DNA of 64,000 bases, from assembly GCA_030647775.1 (NCBI GenBank), contig JAUSJC010000010.1:433334-497333 (forward strand), written 5' to 3'. The stretch's first letter is position 1. Every line of letters starts with the position of its first letter. The position numbers were made by a program, and so were the translations under genes. The DNA is from Candidatus Curtissbacteria bacterium. GTDB lineage: Bacteria; Patescibacteriota; Microgenomatia; Curtissbacterales; GWA2-41-24. Below are positions 9,805-20,121 of the stretch, in pieces. The notes below the pieces were generated by a model. The model was not told the origin of the DNA. It worked only from the letters and a program-made list of their open reading frames with translations, and did no database searches.

Positions 9805-10900
9805 TCAGCGAGATTTAAAAATCGTCCTTTTCTGTGGAGGCTCCGGGACGCGCATGTGGCCGGCCAGCCGCAAAGAAAAACCCAAGCAATTCCAACCCCT
9901 GGTGGGCGATACTTCGATGTTCCAGCAGGCAATGGCCCGCATCAAAAAGGGTTTTCCCATAAGAGACGTTTTCGTTATCACCGGCAGGCAATATGTCGGC
10001 CTTGTTGTTCAGCAGGAACCGGATCTGCCCTTAGAAAACGTCATTATCGAACCGGAAATGAGGGATACCCTAGCCGCCGTCGGTTTTGCCGCCGCAGTCC
10101 TGGATAAAAAATTTGATAACCCTATCGTTGCTTCCCTTTGGGCAGCCGACCACTTGGTCAAAAATGATGACCAGTTTATTAAATCCTTAAAAGCCGCTTA
10201 TGAATATGTTAAAGATACCGGCAAAATGGTCTCAATTGACGTCAAACCGACATACCCCAATATCCATGTTGGCTACATCCAGATCGGTAAAATGATTAAA
10301 AAAGTTAACGGTCATGCTTTCTTTGAATACGTAAAACAAATCGAAAAACCGGATCTGGCAACCGCCAAAAAATACGCTGCCTCGTGGGAATACCTCTGGC
10401 ACGCCGGTTACAAAGTCTGGCATACCCAGAAAATGCTTTCTCAGTTTAAAAAATTTACACCCAAAGTTGCCAGCGGACTTGAGACTATCCAAAAATCATG
10501 GGGGAGCGATAACCAGGATGAAGTTGTCAGGCGTGTTTATCCGGATTTTGAAAAGCAATCAATCGATTATGCAATTTTTGAAAAGATGGATCCGGATGAC
10601 CTCGTCGTTTTACCGGCCGATATTGGTTGGTCTGATATCGGTGCCTGGAATATTCTAAAAGAAGAGCTTGCCCAAAACCAGACGGATAATGTTGTTTCCG
10701 GTGACGTTATTGATTTTGATTGTGAAGACTGTTTAATTTACAACAAAAGCGAAAATAAAATTGTGGCCACAATCGGTCTCAAGGGTTTAATCGTCGTCGA
10801 TACCCCGGATGGCCTCTTGGTCTGTGATAAAGATAAAATTTCCCAAGTCAAAAAAGTCATAGAGAAAATCAAAGAGACAAAGCAAGATAAATTTCTCTAA
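9788..10900 (+). CDS. manC: mannose-1-phosphate guanylyltransferase
   Basis: GGSGTRMWPASRKEKPKQF, IIEPEMRDT, ADH, GYI, EKP, SIDYAIFEK, GWSDIGAW. Confidence 0.93.
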   Translation: MPAKNNQRDLKIVLFCGGSGTRMWPASRKEKPKQFQPLVGDTSMFQQAMARIKKGFPIRDVFVITGRQYVGLVVQQEPDLPLENVIIEPEMRDTLAAVGFAAAVLDKKFDNPIVASLWAADHLVKNDDQFIKSLKAAYEYVKDTGKMVSIDVKPTYPNIHVGYIQIGKMIKKVNGHAFFEYVKQIEKPDLATAKKYAASWEYLWHAGYKVWHTQKMLSQFKKFTPKVASGLETIQKSWGSDNQDEVVRRVYPDFEKQSIDYAIFEKMDPDDLVVLPADIGWSDIGAWNILKEELAQNQTDNVVSGDVIDFDCEDCLIYNKSENKIVATIGLKGLIVVDTPDGLLVCDKDKISQVKKVIEKIKETKQDKFL

Positions 10901-10909
10901 AACCCCAAA

Positions 10910-11560
10910 GTGCTATACGATTTATTAAAACGCACGATCGATATTATTGGCAGCCTCATAATTTTGGCCGTCTTTTCTCCTGTTATCTTAATTACTGCCG
11001 TTTTAATTAAGATTAGTTCCCCCGGGCCGGCCATTTATACCCCCCTGCGTGTCGGCAGGGACGGCAATCTTTTCAAGATGCTTAAGTTCCGCAGTATGTA
11101 CATGTATAAAATTAACGGCAAATTTGTGCATGCTAAAAAATACCTTGAGAAAAATCCCAAACTTATGCGCGAGTACCGGGAAAATAGTTTTAAGCTTGCT
11201 CACGACCCGCGGGTTACGCAGATTGGCAAATTCATTCGTAAGTTTTCCATCGATGAACTGCCGCAGCTTATTAATGTCGCCAAAGGCGATATGTCGCTTG
11301 TCGGCCCTCGGGCTTACCAGGAGGATGAGCTTACCCATCAGCAAAGGGTCTATCCGCATACCAAAAAATATGTAAAAGTTATTTTAGAAGCAAGGCCCGG
11401 CGCATCCGGCCCCTGGCAGGTTTCCGGCCGTTCTTTTATTAATTTTGATAAAAGGGTCATAATGGATGCTAAGTATGTCGAGAGGAGATCAATCTTATAT
11501 GATCTTTGGATCATGATGAAAACTCCAATTGCCATGATTACCGGCAGAGGAGCGGTATGA
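10910..11560 (+). CDS. priming sugar transferase (Bac_transf family)
   Basis: KRTIDI, FKMLKFRSM, DPRVT..GKFIRKFSIDELPQLINV..GDMSLVGPR, WQVSGRS. Confidence 0.95.
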   Translation: MLYDLLKRTIDIIGSLIILAVFSPVILITAVLIKISSPGPAIYTPLRVGRDGNLFKMLKFRSMYMYKINGKFVHAKKYLEKNPKLMREYRENSFKLAHDPRVTQIGKFIRKFSIDELPQLINVAKGDMSLVGPRAYQEDELTHQQRVYPHTKKYVKVILEARPGASGPWQVSGRSFINFDKRVIMDAKYVERRSILYDLWIMMKTPIAMITGRGAV

Positions 11561-13371
11561 GAAAAAGAATCATCTTCATTTTAATAGCAATCGTTATCAT
11601 ATACGTCATCTTTGGCGTTCTTACGGCTCTTTCCATCAAAAAGGCAATTGGTACTATAAACAGTGCGTCCTCCGCTATCAAAGTCCAGGATTTGGATAAG
11701 GCAAAAGCAGATCTAAAGACCGCTAAAGGGGAGTTCCAAACCTCCCAGAAGATAATGGTAGTTTTTGCCCCAATTCGTGTTATTCCGCTTCTTGGCTGGT
11801 ATGTTGCCGATGCCCAGAGGGGCGTCGCGGCCGCCGTTTCCGGGCTTGATGCCGCCTCAACCGCGGCCGACGCAATTACTCCTTACGCTGATGTCCTTGG
11901 CTTAAAAGGTAAAGGTACTTTCTTAGGCGGTACTGCCCAAGAAAGGTTAGCAAAAGCAATCGAAGCACTTTCCAAAGTTGGCCCCCAGCTTGACGAGGTC
12001 GGTGCAAGTCTTGCTTCAACCAGGAAAGATGTCGACCAAATAGAGTCTTGGCGCTATCCAAATTTTTTGCCCGGCAGTCCGGGCGCCAAAATCGACAATA
12101 TTAAAAAAGCCGTCGACCAATTTGAATCACTAATCGTTGATTCGCGCCCCCTGCTTTTGGTTCTTCCCCAAATCATGGGTCAGGACAAAGAGCGAAAGTA
12201 TCTCGTCCTTTTCCAAAACGACAAAGAGCTTCGCCCCACCGGCGGGTTTATTACCGCTTACGCTGTTTTTCGGGTCAACAAGGGTGTTATTTCCTCAGAG
12301 GGATCCGATGATATTTACCGTCTGGACAGTACGCTCTTGAAAAAGGTCTCGGCACCCGCTCCAATGGTTAAGTATTTAAATGTTTCAAACCTTAACATGC
12401 GGGATTCCAATTTTTCACCTGATTACCTTGCCTCAATGAAAACCTTTGAAGACCTTTATCAGTCTTCATCCGGCAAAAAAGATATTGATGGCATCATCTC
12501 TTTAGATACCCAATTTGTTCTTTCGATGATGCAAGTTTTAGGCCCTGTCGATGCTTACGGCACCAAGTTTACCATTGATAAAGTTGATGCCTGCTCCTGT
12601 CCGCAGATAATTTATGAACTCGAAAGATACGCCGATCAAATCGTCGCTTATGAAAAAGGTTCCCGAAAAGATATTATCGGCGTTTTAATGCAAAGCCTGA
12701 TGGCCAAAGCTTTCAATGCGCCAAAAGGCCAGTGGCCAAGCCTCCTTGAGGCAATCGTCAATGACCTTCGCCAAAAACATTTGCTTCTCTATTTCCATGA
12801 TCCCCCAAGCCAGGCCGCCGCTGAAAAAATTAATTTCGCCGGCAGAATTTACAACTACGACGGTGATTATTTGCACATTAACGAAGCCAATCTTGGAGGC
12901 GCCAAATCCAACCTTTATGTTCAGGAGAAAGTGAGCCAGGTTGTTAAAAAGGCCAAAGACGGCAATTTGGATAAAACGGTTACGATTAGTTACAAATATC
13001 CGAAGGAAATGGATAATTGCAATTTGGAGCGTAAAACCGGCCTTTGTCTTGCCGGAATCTACCAGGATTATATAAGAATTTATGTTCCCAAGGGATCAAA
13101 GCTGATTAAATCCTCCGGAGCCGAAGTTGCCTTCACAGCCTCCGAAGACCTGGATAAAACGGTATTTGAAGCTTTCTTTACGGTCCGCCCTCAGGGCACG
13201 GCCAAAATCGAGCTCGAATACTCTGTTCCTATCAAAGTTACAAACCAGTACAAGCTCCTAATCCAAAAACAGCCGGGCACGGAAGGCATCATGTACGATA
13301 TCGATGCCCTCGGCCACCGCCAAAAAGCTTTCCCGCTCACAAACGACAAGGAATTGATCGTTAAGCTTTAA
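11557..13371 (+). CDS. DUF4012-domain membrane-anchored protein
   Basis: N-terminal TM; YLVLFQNDKELRPTGGF, RDSNFSPD, NLGGAKSN, YIRIYVPKGS, LIQKQPG. Confidence 0.85.
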   Translation: MRKRIIFILIAIVIIYVIFGVLTALSIKKAIGTINSASSAIKVQDLDKAKADLKTAKGEFQTSQKIMVVFAPIRVIPLLGWYVADAQRGVAAAVSGLDAASTAADAITPYADVLGLKGKGTFLGGTAQERLAKAIEALSKVGPQLDEVGASLASTRKDVDQIESWRYPNFLPGSPGAKIDNIKKAVDQFESLIVDSRPLLLVLPQIMGQDKERKYLVLFQNDKELRPTGGFITAYAVFRVNKGVISSEGSDDIYRLDSTLLKKVSAPAPMVKYLNVSNLNMRDSNFSPDYLASMKTFEDLYQSSSGKKDIDGIISLDTQFVLSMMQVLGPVDAYGTKFTIDKVDACSCPQIIYELERYADQIVAYEKGSRKDIIGVLMQSLMAKAFNAPKGQWPSLLEAIVNDLRQKHLLLYFHDPPSQAAAEKINFAGRIYNYDGDYLHINEANLGGAKSNLYVQEKVSQVVKKAKDGNLDKTVTISYKYPKEMDNCNLERKTGLCLAGIYQDYIRIYVPKGSKLIKSSGAEVAFTASEDLDKTVFEAFFTVRPQGTAKIELEYSVPIKVTNQYKLLIQKQPGTEGIMYDIDALGHRQKAFPLTNDKELIVKL

Positions 13372-13372
13372 A

Positions 13373-14215
13373 GTGGGAAAACCTCAACGTGAAGAGACAA
13401 TGAAATCCCCAAATCACGCTTGGCTTTTCGATGTCGATGGCGTCATAACTCACCCGGAGAAAAAGCAAGTTGTACGCAAGGGAATTTTTACCGAGATTAT
13501 CAAGCGTTTAAAATTAGGAGAACCCGTGGCGCTCGTCACTGGACGGGCGCTTTCTTGGGTCATGGAGCGCGTCGTTAATCCGCTTTCAAGCGAGATCGAT
13601 GACAAAACTGTTCTTGATAGACTTTTTGTATCAGGCGAGTTTGGCGCGTCGCGAATTCAATGGAAGAATGGAAAACCATTTCACGGTATAGATTCTTCAA
13701 TTTCTCTTCCAAAGAAACTTGCAGAAGAAGCACGCAAAGCTGCGGAAGCCTATAAAGATACTCAACACATCGACCCTGATAAAGAGACAATGGTCTCAAT
13801 TGAAATGAACGATGGGCTAACAGTTGATGAATTCAGACGTAATCAATTGCCTTTGGCAAAAAGACTGAATGAAATTCTCGCAAGCCAAAATGCAGAGCGA
13901 AAATTTGAAGTTCATGTTGACAGAATTGCGACCAACGTCAGGCATAAAGCTATAAATAAACACTATGCCGCACAACAAGTAATTCGCTGGCTTTCAAAAA
14001 TAGGGCTTTCGCCTAAGCAATTTTTTGCGTTTGGCGATAGCGCCGGAGACCGTGAAATGGCAGATGAGTTACACCGAGAAGGGAAAGCGGTAACATTTGT
14101 CTTTGTAGGACATAAAGAAGAGCTAGGTTCAAAAGGGAAAGGGTATAAAACAGTTATTACAGAAGAACAATGTGATGACGGAACAGTAGAATTTCTTAAA
14201 AGTAAAGAGAGCTAA
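13373..14215 (+). CDS. HAD-superfamily hydrolase (IIB-like)
   Basis: FDVDGVI, VTGR, FGDSAGD. Confidence 0.85.
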   Translation: MGKPQREETMKSPNHAWLFDVDGVITHPEKKQVVRKGIFTEIIKRLKLGEPVALVTGRALSWVMERVVNPLSSEIDDKTVLDRLFVSGEFGASRIQWKNGKPFHGIDSSISLPKKLAEEARKAAEAYKDTQHIDPDKETMVSIEMNDGLTVDEFRRNQLPLAKRLNEILASQNAERKFEVHVDRIATNVRHKAINKHYAAQQVIRWLSKIGLSPKQFFAFGDSAGDREMADELHREGKAVTFVFVGHKEELGSKGKGYKTVITEEQCDDGTVEFLKSKES

Positions 14216-14751
14216 GCCTTCTTATTACTGGTTGATTTAAGATATTCTTTAATGTCACTGCGAAAAAATTTAGCATACTTTTTCGGGGAAAAGGAAATCT
14301 TCCTTAAAAGAGTTTCCCATTCTACCCATTCGGGTTTTTCTTCCGACTCTCTATTAGTAAAGGATTCACCGTCAAGAATAATTTCAAAGAGATAAGCAAT
14401 TTCGTGGTTATTAGGCAAGTCATTATTAAAGAAAGACAAAAGTCTCTTAATCTTAATGCCGTCAGGCAATGATCGGCCGCCAAACAGCTCTTCTTGCAAT
14501 TCACGCATGATCGCCTCATCCGGCGTCTCATCGGAGAGGATGTGACCAGCAACCGAGGCTTCATACAAACTCGCTCCTTGTACGGCGTTTTTGCTTCTTT
14601 TTTGTACCAAAACCCTTGTCTTTTGTTCGTCACTAAAGACTAATGCATGAGCGCATTGATGGAGAAGCCCTTTTGTATGGCATTGCGTCCAAGTAGCGGT
14701 ACCGATTTTATTGCCCTTTTTATCTACAACGTCGTATATTTCGTCAGCCAT
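14212..14751 (-). CDS. NUDIX hydrolase (IDI/YfcD-like)
   Basis: HTKGLLH, VQKRS, and NUDIX box AGHILSDETPDEAIMRELQEELFG. Confidence 0.85.
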   Translation of the reverse strand: MADEIYDVVDKKGNKIGTATWTQCHTKGLLHQCAHALVFSDEQKTRVLVQKRSKNAVQGASLYEASVAGHILSDETPDEAIMRELQEELFGGRSLPDGIKIKRLLSFFNNDLPNNHEIAYLFEIILDGESFTNRESEEKPEWVEWETLLRKISFSPKKYAKFFRSDIKEYLKSTSNKKA

Positions 14752-14764
14752 TTAAAAGTTAGTA

Positions 14765-15535
14765 TCAGGCAATGACCGTTAAAAGATCAGCAAAATTTTC
14801 TACAGTCGCATCAGGTTTATCGGCCGAAACTGAATAATCACGCCAGCGTTTTGTAGATCTGTATTTTTCCGGAGGAACGTATAATATAGCCTTTGCCCCA
14901 GCCTTATGTGCGCACTCGACATCACGGATAGGGTCATCACCGACATAGATAATATCTGAAATAGGCCGGCCAAACCTCTCGGACGCAACTTCGAAAACTC
15001 TCGGGTCCGGTTTTTCAATTCCAATTTCCTCACTTGTTAAAAAATGATCAAAAAGATCGGCTACACCAAGCCAAGCCAGCGTTGATTGTGGAGTAAAACT
15101 TCTATCGTTGGAAATTACAGCTAAATGTTTCCCGCGATCCCGCAACCCTCGTAAGGTTACTCTAAGTTCTTCTTTTCTTGGATTATTCTCGAGTAACTCT
15201 TTAAAACTCTTACGATACTCTGCAAGAATCAGCGGACCAAGAAGGAACCTGATTTCTGCCGGAACATTTGCTTCGTGAAGCCCTGCTTGTATAAATGGTT
15301 CTTCTTGTGAAAAATGAGAAGCAAACTGAAAGTTTAAATTACTGTTTGCTTGGCTCCAAGATTCTACAAATAAATTCTCATCTAACTGAAAACCAAAACT
15401 GCCCTTTGCTATCTCGACAGCTTTTTGGCCAACCTCATTCTTTAAATCATCAAATGGGTCCAAAACCAACGTATTACCCCAATCAAATACAATGCTATTC
15501 CCTTGCAACCTCTCAGATTCTGCCACTTCCACCAT
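14765..15535 (-). CDS. HAD-superfamily hydrolase (IA)
   Basis: FDWGNTL, VISN, EKPDPRVF, YVGDDPIRDV. Confidence 0.9.
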   Translation of the reverse strand: MVEVAESERLQGNSIVFDWGNTLVLDPFDDLKNEVGQKAVEIAKGSFGFQLDENLFVESWSQANSNLNFQFASHFSQEEPFIQAGLHEANVPAEIRFLLGPLILAEYRKSFKELLENNPRKEELRVTLRGLRDRGKHLAVISNDRSFTPQSTLAWLGVADLFDHFLTSEEIGIEKPDPRVFEVASERFGRPISDIIYVGDDPIRDVECAHKAGAKAILYVPPEKYRSTKRWRDYSVSADKPDATVENFADLLTVIA

Positions 15536-15612
15536 ATTGATATTCTACAGTAGTGCTTGTACTAGTTCCACCCATACTTGATCCAAGCTCCCGGATACGA
15601 CATACTTAATAT

Positions 15613-16239
15613 ATGTACTTTGCAACCGAAGGAGTAATCCTAGCCCGCAAAAATTTCGGTGAAGCCGACAGGCTCCTGACAATCTACACCAAGGACCATG
15701 GCAAAATCTCCGCCATTGCCAAGGGCGTGCGCCGTCCACGTTCCAAAAAGGCCGGGCATTTGGAACTTGGCAACTGGTGCAAGGTTTTTGTGGCCAAAGG
15801 TAAAAACATTGATCTCTTAACGGAAGTGGAGGTTAAACGCGCCTTTGGCATCGCCGAGTTCGGCGAGAAAAAGGCCAATAAAATCTATCATCTTTTGGAA
15901 ATTGTCGATATTCTTACTCCTCATAATCAGAAAAATCTTCGCGTTTTTTCGCTTCTCGTCAGTTTTTTGAAAAAAACATCAAATGGTGAAGATTTTAATC
16001 TTGTTTCCAGCGCTTTTAAGACCAAACTTCTCTCCGCACTTGGTTTTTTCTCAAGCCACAACTTAAAAGACTCCAAAGCCAAAGACGTCTTATTAGTTTT
16101 AGAAAACGAGGACTTCTCCGTTGTCGCGGGGAAGTTAAATCTAACCGACTCATCGTATTTGAAACTCTTATCGTTTCTTGATAGCATGATAGAAAGTATC
16201 GCCGGCCAAAAATTAAAAACTGCCCGCTTCCTGACTTAA
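15613..16239 (+). CDS. recO: DNA repair protein RecO
   Basis: TEGVIL...FGEADRLLTIYTKDHGKISAIAKGVRRPRSK. Confidence 0.95.
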   Translation: MYFATEGVILARKNFGEADRLLTIYTKDHGKISAIAKGVRRPRSKKAGHLELGNWCKVFVAKGKNIDLLTEVEVKRAFGIAEFGEKKANKIYHLLEIVDILTPHNQKNLRVFSLLVSFLKKTSNGEDFNLVSSAFKTKLLSALGFFSSHNLKDSKAKDVLLVLENEDFSVVAGKLNLTDSSYLKLLSFLDSMIESIAGQKLKTARFLT

Positions 16240-16243
16240 TTGG

Positions 16244-17092
16244 ATGGATCAATCTAAGAAAAATACATACGTTATTGCCGCAGTAGTCTTTGTCGCACTC
16301 CTCGTCGGCATTTATTTTTTATTCATCTTTAAAAAAGGTCCAAGTCAAATTAAATCTCAAGACAACCAGGCGACTGATGTTAAGCAAATTACCGATATCG
16401 AGCTTGCCAAGCGCCCATATATAACCCTAACCCCGACTTCCGACGGTGCCGAGGTCATTATTTCCATTGAAAATATGGGTGCTTTCGACCGCATAGAATA
16501 CGAACTTACTTATCAGGCCGATAACCCGACTTCTCCGGGAACAAAAATCGAAAGGGGTGCAACCGGTACGGATATTAATACCAAGGATCCCAAGTACAAA
16601 AAAGATATTCTCCTTGGAACCGCTTCCCGCGGCGTTAGGAATCCCGATACCGGTGTTACCGAAGGCAAACTTGCTCTCCATATGTTTAAAGGCGATACCC
16701 AGTACGATTCTCAAACTCCATGGGATCTGGTTAGTGCCGGTCTGGCTGCTGCCTCCATTTCGGATAGGGGGAATAATATTACCCTCAAGCTTCCGGCTCT
16801 CGGCAAGAATTACTGGATAATTTTGGCAGATACTTTGGGTATTCCGAAAGGCGGTACTTTTGACGTTAAAAACGTTACTCTTCCCGTTTATGGTGCCTTT
16901 TCTATTGCCCCAACTTTCCCGTCACCGGTAAATCTTACGCTAAAATCAGGTGCCGCCAGCCCGACACTTTTTGCCTACAATCTTGCGGATCAGACGTGGC
17001 AAAAAGTAGACTCAACTTATGCGTCCGCTAGCAAAACTTTAACCGCCACTATCAATAATTTTGCTACTTTTGTTGTCACCGGCTCCAAATGA
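16244..17092 (+). CDS. membrane-anchored hypothetical protein
   Basis: 282 aa with an N-terminal TM helix and a beta-rich-looking remainder. Confidence 0.8.
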   Translation: MDQSKKNTYVIAAVVFVALLVGIYFLFIFKKGPSQIKSQDNQATDVKQITDIELAKRPYITLTPTSDGAEVIISIENMGAFDRIEYELTYQADNPTSPGTKIERGATGTDINTKDPKYKKDILLGTASRGVRNPDTGVTEGKLALHMFKGDTQYDSQTPWDLVSAGLAAASISDRGNNITLKLPALGKNYWIILADTLGIPKGGTFDVKNVTLPVYGAFSIAPTFPSPVNLTLKSGAASPTLFAYNLADQTWQKVDSTYASASKTLTATINNFATFVVTGSK

Positions 17093-17101
17093 TCATTTCA
17101 A

Positions 17102-17200
17102 ATATTCTTCGAGCGCAGCGAGAAGTCCTAAATTTCTTATATAATAGTTCTCGATAAGAGCGCTTGTTTTTTGAAGACTCAAAATAAACTCGAACAATAT
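17102..17200. repeat. short MITE-like palindromic element upstream of glyQS
   Basis: Inverted termini ATATTCTTCGAG (17102-17113) and CTCGAACAATAT (17189-17200), one mismatch in 12. Confidence 0.55.
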
Positions 17201-18518
17201 GGTTAATCTAGAAAAGCTTGTTTCCCTAGCAAAACGAAGAGGTTTTATCTATCCCGGCTCCGAAATCTACGGCGGCCTTACCGGCACTTGGGATTATGGC
17301 CCTTTGGGCGTGGAGCTTAAAAACAATATTAAAAAAGAGTTCTGGAAAAGCATGGTCTACGACCGCGATGACGTTGTCGGTCTTGATGCGGCAATCCTTA
17401 TGAACCCCAAAGTTTGGGAAGCCTCCGGCCACGTTCAGGCTTTCACGGACCCCCTTGTCGAATGCAAAGTTTGTCATGCTAGGTTGCGCGCTGATCAAAA
17501 AGAAGAAATCGAAACACACGAAAACTCGCACAAGGGCCAGAAGGTTGTCTGGACCGAACCCAAGAGATTTAATCTTCTGGTTGAGGCCAAACTGGGTGTT
17601 TTGGAAGATGCCAAGCAAAAAGTTTATCTGCGCGGTGAGATTACCCAGGGTGTCCATGTTAATTTTAAAAACGTCATCGATTCTTCCCGTATGCAAATTC
17701 CCTTTGGTATTGCCCAAATAGGCAAAGCTTTTAGAAACGAAATTACACCCGGCAATTTTACTTTTCGCTCCCGCGAGTTTGAACAGATGGAACTGCAATT
17801 TTATGTAAAGGCTGACCTAAAAGAAGCAGAAAAATGGTTTTTGTATTGGAAAGAAGAACGGATGAAATGGTATGTCTCGCTTGGCATCGATAAATCAAAA
17901 CTCCGTTTCCGCCAACACGAAGAAAACGAACGGGCCCATTATGCCAAAGATGCGTGGGACATTGAATACGATTCGCCGTTTGGCTGGAAAGAATTTGAAG
18001 GTATCCATAATCGCGGTGATTGGGATCTTTCCCAGCACCAAAAACATTCCGGCCAGGATCTTACGTACTTTGATCAGGAGGAAAATAAACATTATCTGCC
18101 GTGGGTTATCGAGACTTCCGGCGGCGTTGACCGCGCCACATTATTTTTCCTTGCCGATGCTTATACCCAAGATGGGGATCGGACTGTTTTAAAACTTCAC
18201 CCGAAACTGGCGCCATACAAAGTAGCGGTTTTCCCTCTTCTTGCCAACAAACCCGATCTTGTTAAAAAAGCCCGCTCTGTCTATGAACTATTAACTATGA
18301 ACCATCAACTTGCTCCTGTCGTTTGGGATGATAGGGGCAATATCGGCAAGCGCTATTTATCTCAAGATGAAATAGGTACGCCTTACTGTATAACAATTGA
18401 TTTTGAGACATTGGAAGATGATACCGTTACCATCCGCGACCGTGATACGACCAAACAGGAAAGGGTCAAATCCGAAAAATTATCTGAAATCCTGATAGGG
18501 AAAATTGCCGCTGGTTGA
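17199..18518 (+). CDS. glyQS: glycine--tRNA ligase, homodimeric type
   Basis: KRRGFIYPGSEIYGG, WDYGPLG, GIAQIGKAFRNEITP, REFEQME, VIETSGG, DEIGTPYCITID. Confidence 0.97.
   Translation: MVNLEKLVSLAKRRGFIYPGSEIYGGLTGTWDYGPLGVELKNNIKKEFWKSMVYDRDDVVGLDAAILMNPKVWEASGHVQAFTDPLVECKVCHARLRADQKEEIETHENSHKGQKVVWTEPKRFNLLVEAKLGVLEDAKQKVYLRGEITQGVHVNFKNVIDSSRMQIPFGIAQIGKAFRNEITPGNFTFRSREFEQMELQFYVKADLKEAEKWFLYWKEERMKWYVSLGIDKSKLRFRQHEENERAHYAKDAWDIEYDSPFGWKEFEGIHNRGDWDLSQHQKHSGQDLTYFDQEENKHYLPWVIETSGGVDRATLFFLADAYTQDGDRTVLKLHPKLAPYKVAVFPLLANKPDLVKKARSVYELLTMNHQLAPVVWDDRGNIGKRYLSQDEIGTPYCITIDFETLEDDTVTIRDRDTTKQERVKSEKLSEILIGKIAAG
18281..18310 (+). repeat. degenerate heptamer tandem repeat inside glyQS
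   Basis: CTATGAA CTATTAA CTATGAA CCATCAA, encoding YELLTMNHQL. Confidence 0.55.
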
Positions 18519-18570
18519 CAATAAATTCCAAAAGAAGTCATACTGAAAGTAATCCGCCTGTTTCATCGAT

Positions 18571-20121
18571 ATGTTTCAAGACTTGGACTTTGATAATAAG
18601 CCCCATGATCACTGTGGCGTTGCCGGTTGTCTTGCGCCCAAAAATGTAAACGCTTCGAGCGTTGTTATAGAAATGGGCAAAGCCCTCCAGCATCGCGGTC
18701 AAAACGGGGGCGGTATTGCCACCAAAGCCCACGGTAAAAACCTTAAGGTCTACAAAAAGGCCCAAGCATTCAATGAAATTTTCCGCTCGACAGGAATTAT
18801 CGATGAAAATTCTCTGCGCGGTGAAGTTGCTATAGCCCATCTTCGCTATCCAACAGAGGGGAATTTGAGGCGGGATTGTGATACACAACCGTTTTTTGCC
18901 TCTTATAAAGGTTGGGAGCTGGCACTTGGCCATAACGGTAGTATTGTTGATCTGGCAAGACACAGGAAAAAGCTTGAAAAGTTCGGGATCGAACTGGAAT
19001 CTGATTCCGATTCCGAGATTCTGACTTGGCTCATTGTTACCGCCCAGGGCGCCAACTGGAGACAAAAAATCTCAAATGCCTTTTTGGACGTTAAAGGCGC
19101 TTATTCGCTTGTTATGCTAACTGGCGATGACAAGCTTATGGCTCTTCGTGATCCCTGGGGTGTTAGGCCGCTTGTTTGGAGCCAGGATAATGGTCACGTT
19201 TTCGCCGCCTCGGAAACTTGTGCCCTTGATAGAATCGATGTCCGTCATAGCCAAAGAATAGAACGGGGGCAGCTTTTAGTGGCAGATCAGGATGGCGTTT
19301 CAATTTCAAGCTTTATAAAACCTGCCAAAAGGAGTTTTTGCGTTTTTGAAAAACTCTACTTTTCGCACGAGACCTCACTTTGGGATGGTGTCATTGGGGA
19401 AAATAGGGAAAGCTTGGGTCGCCAACTGGCGAAAGAAGAGATTGAAAGAATTAAAAGCGGCGAGTTAAAAGCAGAAATCATCCAAAAAATAGATTATGTA
19501 GTTGCCGTTCCCGATACCGCGTCCCCCGGAGCGCATGCTTTTTGTGAAACTTTGATAAATGAATCCGCAGTAGGCGGCTTAAAACTTAAATACAAAAGGG
19601 GGCTTGTTAAAGAAAGGTACGATTATGCCAAAAGGACATTTATTGAAGACGATCCTTATCTTCGTCAAAAAAACATCGAAAAAAAGTTTTTCATCTCTCC
19701 TAGCATTATCGGTAAATCAATCTATCTGGTTGATGACACGGCTGTTCGCTTGAATACCTTCAAAATCCTTGTTGCTTATCTTCTGCGGGTAGGCGTTCGG
19801 GAGATCCATTGCCGCTTTTTAGCTCCCCGTTTCCTAAATCCCTGCTTTTTAGGTGTTAGTATCGGTTCTCGGGATGAGCTTGGGGCCGTCAGAACCACCA
19901 AGTCGGGTAAATACGAAGCGCTGGAAGAAGACGAAATAAAAAACAAGCTTAAGGTCAGCTCATTGCACTATTTGAGTATCTATGGCATGGCCGCATCCCT
20001 TGGTATGAATTTGGATGAACTAAAAACAACTCATTGCACCGGCTGTCTCGACTACAACAACCCCTTCGATATGCGCCCCTTCGACCCCGAGTTTCGAAAA
20101 ACCACATACCTCACCAAATAG
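18571..20121 (+). CDS. purF: amidophosphoribosyltransferase
   Basis: Propeptide then CGVAG, LQHRGQ, AHLRYPT, QPF, HNG, DSDSE, RDPWGVRPL, CVFE, PRT motif variant LVDDTAVR, C-terminal HCTGC. Confidence 0.92.
   Translation: MFQDLDFDNKPHDHCGVAGCLAPKNVNASSVVIEMGKALQHRGQNGGGIATKAHGKNLKVYKKAQAFNEIFRSTGIIDENSLRGEVAIAHLRYPTEGNLRRDCDTQPFFASYKGWELALGHNGSIVDLARHRKKLEKFGIELESDSDSEILTWLIVTAQGANWRQKISNAFLDVKGAYSLVMLTGDDKLMALRDPWGVRPLVWSQDNGHVFAASETCALDRIDVRHSQRIERGQLLVADQDGVSISSFIKPAKRSFCVFEKLYFSHETSLWDGVIGENRESLGRQLAKEEIERIKSGELKAEIIQKIDYVVAVPDTASPGAHAFCETLINESAVGGLKLKYKRGLVKERYDYAKRTFIEDDPYLRQKNIEKKFFISPSIIGKSIYLVDDTAVRLNTFKILVAYLLRVGVREIHCRFLAPRFLNPCFLGVSIGSRDELGAVRTTKSGKYEALEEDEIKNKLKVSSLHYLSIYGMAASLGMNLDELKTTHCTGCLDYNNPFDMRPFDPEFRKTTYLTK

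Noticed and set aside
13373-14215. HAD-IIB protein as the phosphomannomutase for the manC cluster
   Set aside because: Only generic HAD motifs are visible; position alone is not enough for a specific call.
17226-19065. Long antisense ORFs over glyQS and purF, and similar shadows across the dcw cluster, ileS and purD
   Set aside because: They lie opposite well-supported conserved genes and show no recognisable motifs.
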